Shown here: piece after piece, positions 60,585 to 64,000 of the stretch | How the letters are laid out: every line of letters starts with the position of its first letter | How positions within the stretch are numbered: the stretch's first letter is position 1 | NCBI GenBank assembly: GCA_035390125.1 | Contig: DAOOTD010000001.1 | Location: forward strand, 31,619-95,618 | DNA: 64,000 nt | Direction: 5' to 3' | DNA from: Candidatus Moraniibacteriota bacterium | Lineage (GTDB): Bacteria > Patescibacteriota > Minisyncoccia > Moranbacterales > GWC2-37-73 | Program-made: the position numbers and the translations under genes | Notes under the pieces: generated by a model | What the model saw: only the letters and a program-made list of their open reading frames with translations | Database searches by the model: none | What the model was told of the DNA's origin: nothing

Positions 60585-62462
60585 TTATAGTATATTATTA
60601 TTTTTTATGACTTTAACAAAATTATTCGGATTGTTGCTAATGATTGTTTCAAATTCAACATTTTTCTTTTGATACATTTCCTCGAAATTTACATAAGATG
60701 CGACATTTTCTGTAGTTTCTATGCCGTTAATAACTTTAGGTTCTTTTGATAACTTAACTGTGCGCGACCTTCTATCTGTAGAAATAATAAAATAATCAAG
60801 TTTATTGTCTAAGAAAGTTTCTATTTTAAAATCAACAAAACATTTGCCGACAAATCTTTCGCAAACAGCTCCCTTGTCTGACCAAATTACCATATTGCCG
60901 GCATTTGGAAGCTGATTGAGATATTGAGTAGCCTCATAACTTCCTTCACCCATGCCTTTTAGGTTGACAATGAAATTTTTTGGCAAAATTTCCGATGCAT
61001 AGGCTAAAAAGTTTGGTTTTATGAAAAATAAGCTTCCTTCAAGAATAGCAAAGATTGCTATAATTGCAAAAAAAGAAGTAACATATTTTTCAATCTTTTT
61101 TATTTCTAAAAATTCCGAAACACCAATGGCAGCCAAAACGAAAACCAGCGGATAAACCATAATCTGGTAGCGTACGGTAGCAATGACTTCATTTACAGCT
61201 GCACCCATATAGAAAATCAGGATGAAAATGAGTATATAAAATTTAGTTATGGATTTTCGATCAAGCTCGTTTTTTTTGCGCAGAGAAAAAAAGACCGAGA
61301 AAATTAAAAAGAAAAGAACAAGAGGCGAAATGCTGAAAATCAAGCTATATGTGTCGGCTAATATTGCCCCAATGTATTTTTGCGCTAAATTGCCAGTGCC
61401 TATTCCTTTTGGCGAAGCGATGATTTCTTGAATGTTGAAAAAATTAAATTTGGCATAGACATGGAGAAAAACAATGGCTATCAGTATGAGGAAAATTCCA
61501 GCAATTGTTTTTATCAAAATTTTGCGATGTTTTGCCAGAAAGCCAAAAATTATTTTAGAAAATTTTGCTTTGAATATAATTAGATCTAAAGCTAGAATGG
61601 CTATGATTCCGACATAAATTGGCCAAGTAGAAGAGAATACAGGATGACCGACAGTATATTTGAACAGTATATAGATTTTTTCCCAAGTGGCTGGAAAAAA
61701 TAGGAAAGCCGAAACTATTGCAACTCCAAAAAGAATAAGATAATTGACGGAAGATTTTTTCAGATATTCATCAATCTCTGTTTTTTGATAGGTGTATAGA
61801 AAATATTCCATAAGGAATATTGAGAAAAAGTATACAAAAAGAATATTGGCGACAAATTTGTTTATGACAGAAAGTCCGAGAAGAAAACCGGAAAGGATGA
61901 GGAATTTTTTTTGTCCGTCTTTTAGAAAATTGAAAAAACTTAAAATTGAAAGTCCTGCCAAAATCCAGAGCATCGCATCTGAATTTATTATCAGTGAGAT
62001 GCCGAGCAAAATCGGTGAAAGTCCGATGAAAATTACTGAAAATATGGCAATTTTTTGCCCAAGTAATTTTTTGATGAGGAAATAAAATATAGGTAGCATG
62101 GACAAAGTGAAAAGAAAAACAGGCAAACGTAGATGGAAGTAGAGATTTTCTATTCTTTGAATATCTCCCAGAGTCTTCTTTTCATAGCGTATTTTTTGAA
62201 GTTTTTTTATGCTATTGAAATCTTCATTGTCAAAAGGAAGACCTATTCCAGAAATTGCCGCAATAACTATTCCAGGTTTATCACAAAGATGCGTTTTCTC
62301 CCATTTCATATTTTTTATTGCATTCCAGAACTTAGGAACTCTGTCATATGACCAATAGGGTTCATCTACTCCGGAAAACTTTTCCAATCGCGGAAAACCG
62401 AAATAAAGTGAAGATATGAATATGGAAAAAAATACCAAAAAAACAATGATTTTTTGCTTCAT
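60585..62462 (-). CDS. GT-C (ArnT/PMT-like) membrane glycosyltransferase
   Basis: DE motif after first TM, many TM, RY motif. Confidence 0.75.
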   Translation of the reverse strand: MKQKIIVFLVFFSIFISSLYFGFPRLEKFSGVDEPYWSYDRVPKFWNAIKNMKWEKTHLCDKPGIVIAAISGIGLPFDNEDFNSIKKLQKIRYEKKTLGDIQRIENLYFHLRLPVFLFTLSMLPIFYFLIKKLLGQKIAIFSVIFIGLSPILLGISLIINSDAMLWILAGLSILSFFNFLKDGQKKFLILSGFLLGLSVINKFVANILFVYFFSIFLMEYFLYTYQKTEIDEYLKKSSVNYLILFGVAIVSAFLFFPATWEKIYILFKYTVGHPVFSSTWPIYVGIIAILALDLIIFKAKFSKIIFGFLAKHRKILIKTIAGIFLILIAIVFLHVYAKFNFFNIQEIIASPKGIGTGNLAQKYIGAILADTYSLIFSISPLVLFFLIFSVFFSLRKKNELDRKSITKFYILIFILIFYMGAAVNEVIATVRYQIMVYPLVFVLAAIGVSEFLEIKKIEKYVTSFFAIIAIFAILEGSLFFIKPNFLAYASEILPKNFIVNLKGMGEGSYEATQYLNQLPNAGNMVIWSDKGAVCERFVGKCFVDFKIETFLDNKLDYFIISTDRRSRTVKLSKEPKVINGIETTENVASYVNFEEMYQKKNVEFETIISNNPNNFVKVIKNNNIL

Positions 62463-62547
62463 TTTACAATGCTTGAAAAATTATCTTATGCTTTAATTGT
62501 AAGCCAAAAAAGGGCTATTGTAAATGAATTAGAATATAATATCCCAG

Positions 62548-64000
62548 TTACTTTTTCAAAGAATCTGTCTCGACTATTTTCACGAAATTTGAATTATTGC
62601 GACCAAGTATAATTTTTTGTAAGTAGTTCTCAGTCTTATAAGCTTTTTCAATATCGATAACATCATCAATACTCCCAAAACTTTTGGAACTTTTTGATTC
62701 TCTTCCTGAAGAAACGACAACATAATCGAATTTAAAGTTCTTTAGTTTTTTCTTGTTATATCCAATTGCGCATTTTCCCAAAAATTCAGCGCAAACGGAG
62801 CCTTTGTCTGACCAGATTATAAGATTTTGCGCATCAGGCAGTGAATTCAGATATTCTGCTGCTTCATAACTGCCGTCACCCATATCCTTGTAGTTCAAAA
62901 GGTATTTTTCCGGCAGGAGCGGGGAAGCATAGGCCAAATAGAAAGGACGGGCAGAAAAAAGTGCAAGAAAAGAAACCGCTAAAACAAAAACAATAGCTAA
63001 TGTGTTTGGAATGTATTTCTCTACTTTTTTGCAGGATATGAATTTTGATATACCTATGGCGCTTATTATCATAGCTAGCGGATAGGTGACAATTTGGTAG
63101 CGTACGGTGGCTGTAACTTCATTTACTGAAGAAGCCAAATAGTAGAGAAAAATAAAAATTAAAAAATAAAAAATAATCTGCAACTCAAGATCGATAGAGG
63201 TTTTTCCCCTGACACTTAAAAATAACGCAAAAATAAAAGCAAGAAAGGCAAAAGGACACATTCCAAAAATCAGGCTGTAAGTGTCGGACAGAATTGCTCC
63301 AGCATATGATTCTAGAATGTTATCTGCACCTATTCCCTTGGGTGAAGAAAGGAAGGAAACAAAATCAATAAATTTCATTCCTGAATATGTATTTATGAGA
63401 ACAAGCAGGGTGAATAGAATAAAAAATGAGGAAAATATCTGCACGATAATTGTTTTGTGTTTTGAAATAAAACCTAAAATCAATCCCATAACCTTACTTT
63501 TAAGAAGAATGATGTCCAATGCAACAAGAGTAAAAATTGATGCAAAAACAGGCCAGGTTGTTTCAAATGCTTTACTCAGAAAAGTGCCTTCTAGAAGTAT
63601 TTCCAAATTTGTCCATGAGGCGGGAAAAAGAATGAAGAAAGTTAGCATCGAAAATGCAACTAAAGTTAAATAATTAACAAAAGATTTTTTAAGATACTCA
63701 GAAAGAACTGGTTTTTTCTCGATGAAGATGTATTCTAGAAAAGGAAGTGCAAAAAAGAAAATATACAGAATATTGGCAACATATTTTGTGAGAAGGGAAA
63801 GTCCCATGAAAAAGCCGCTTAAGACAAGATATTTTTTATTTTCCTCTTTTTTAAAGACAAAATAACTGAGAATTGAAAGGGGTAGAAATATCCAGAGCAG
63901 TGAATCAGGGTTTATAATCAATGAAATGCCAAAAATAATCGGAGAAAAACTTATAAAAATAAAACTCAAAAGCGCAATGATGTCTCCAAAAAGTTTTTTA
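62548..64000 (-). CDS. GT-C membrane glycosyltransferase paralog (5' end beyond window)
   Basis: Frame open to the window edge; shares SPKGIG, ATVRYQI, WSDKG with the neighbouring gene. Confidence 0.75.
   Translation of the reverse strand, partial: KKLFGDIIALLSFIFISFSPIIFGISLIINPDSLLWIFLPLSILSYFVFKKEENKKYLVLSGFFMGLSLLTKYVANILYIFFFALPFLEYIFIEKKPVLSEYLKKSFVNYLTLVAFSMLTFFILFPASWTNLEILLEGTFLSKAFETTWPVFASIFTLVALDIILLKSKVMGLILGFISKHKTIIVQIFSSFFILFTLLVLINTYSGMKFIDFVSFLSSPKGIGADNILESYAGAILSDTYSLIFGMCPFAFLAFIFALFLSVRGKTSIDLELQIIFYFLIFIFLYYLASSVNEVTATVRYQIVTYPLAMIISAIGISKFISCKKVEKYIPNTLAIVFVLAVSFLALFSARPFYLAYASPLLPEKYLLNYKDMGDGSYEAAEYLNSLPDAQNLIIWSDKGSVCAEFLGKCAIGYNKKKLKNFKFDYVVVSSGRESKSSKSFGSIDDVIDIEKAYKTENYLQKIILGRNNSNFVKIVETDSLKK

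Overview
AT-rich bacterial chromosome segment, most likely Patescibacteria/CPR (inferred from the divergent stand-alone 16S gene and mostly SD-less starts; Parcubacteria-like, not verified). Left flank: greA (partial), lysS, an aberrant tRNA-like gene, serS, a GH1 glycosidase and a 16S rRNA gene with no linked 23S. The main feature is a ~34.3-kb integrative element (8153-42443) bounded by an exact 20-bp direct repeat, ATCACCTCCTTTCTAGGGAG, which is the 3' end (anti-Shine-Dalgarno) of the 16S gene. The element appears to supply its own replacement 16S trailer (leader-pairing strand plus terminator), while the presumed original trailer now lies 34 kb downstream. It carries three tyrosine recombinases, LexA, a ubiquitin-like/E2-E1/DUF6527-like operon, a satellite-like core (SSB-like, primase-helicase, MTase, ParB, TerS, TerL, no recognisable capsid/portal/tail), a PIF1 helicase, a Fic-CBASS(CD-NTase+Cap15)-SWIM operon, and lipid/transport/glycosyltransferase cargo. 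Right flank: murI, rsgA, valS, an HD hydrolase, a 6S-like ncRNA candidate and a surface-glycosylation cluster. All calls come from reading motifs by eye; no searches were run.
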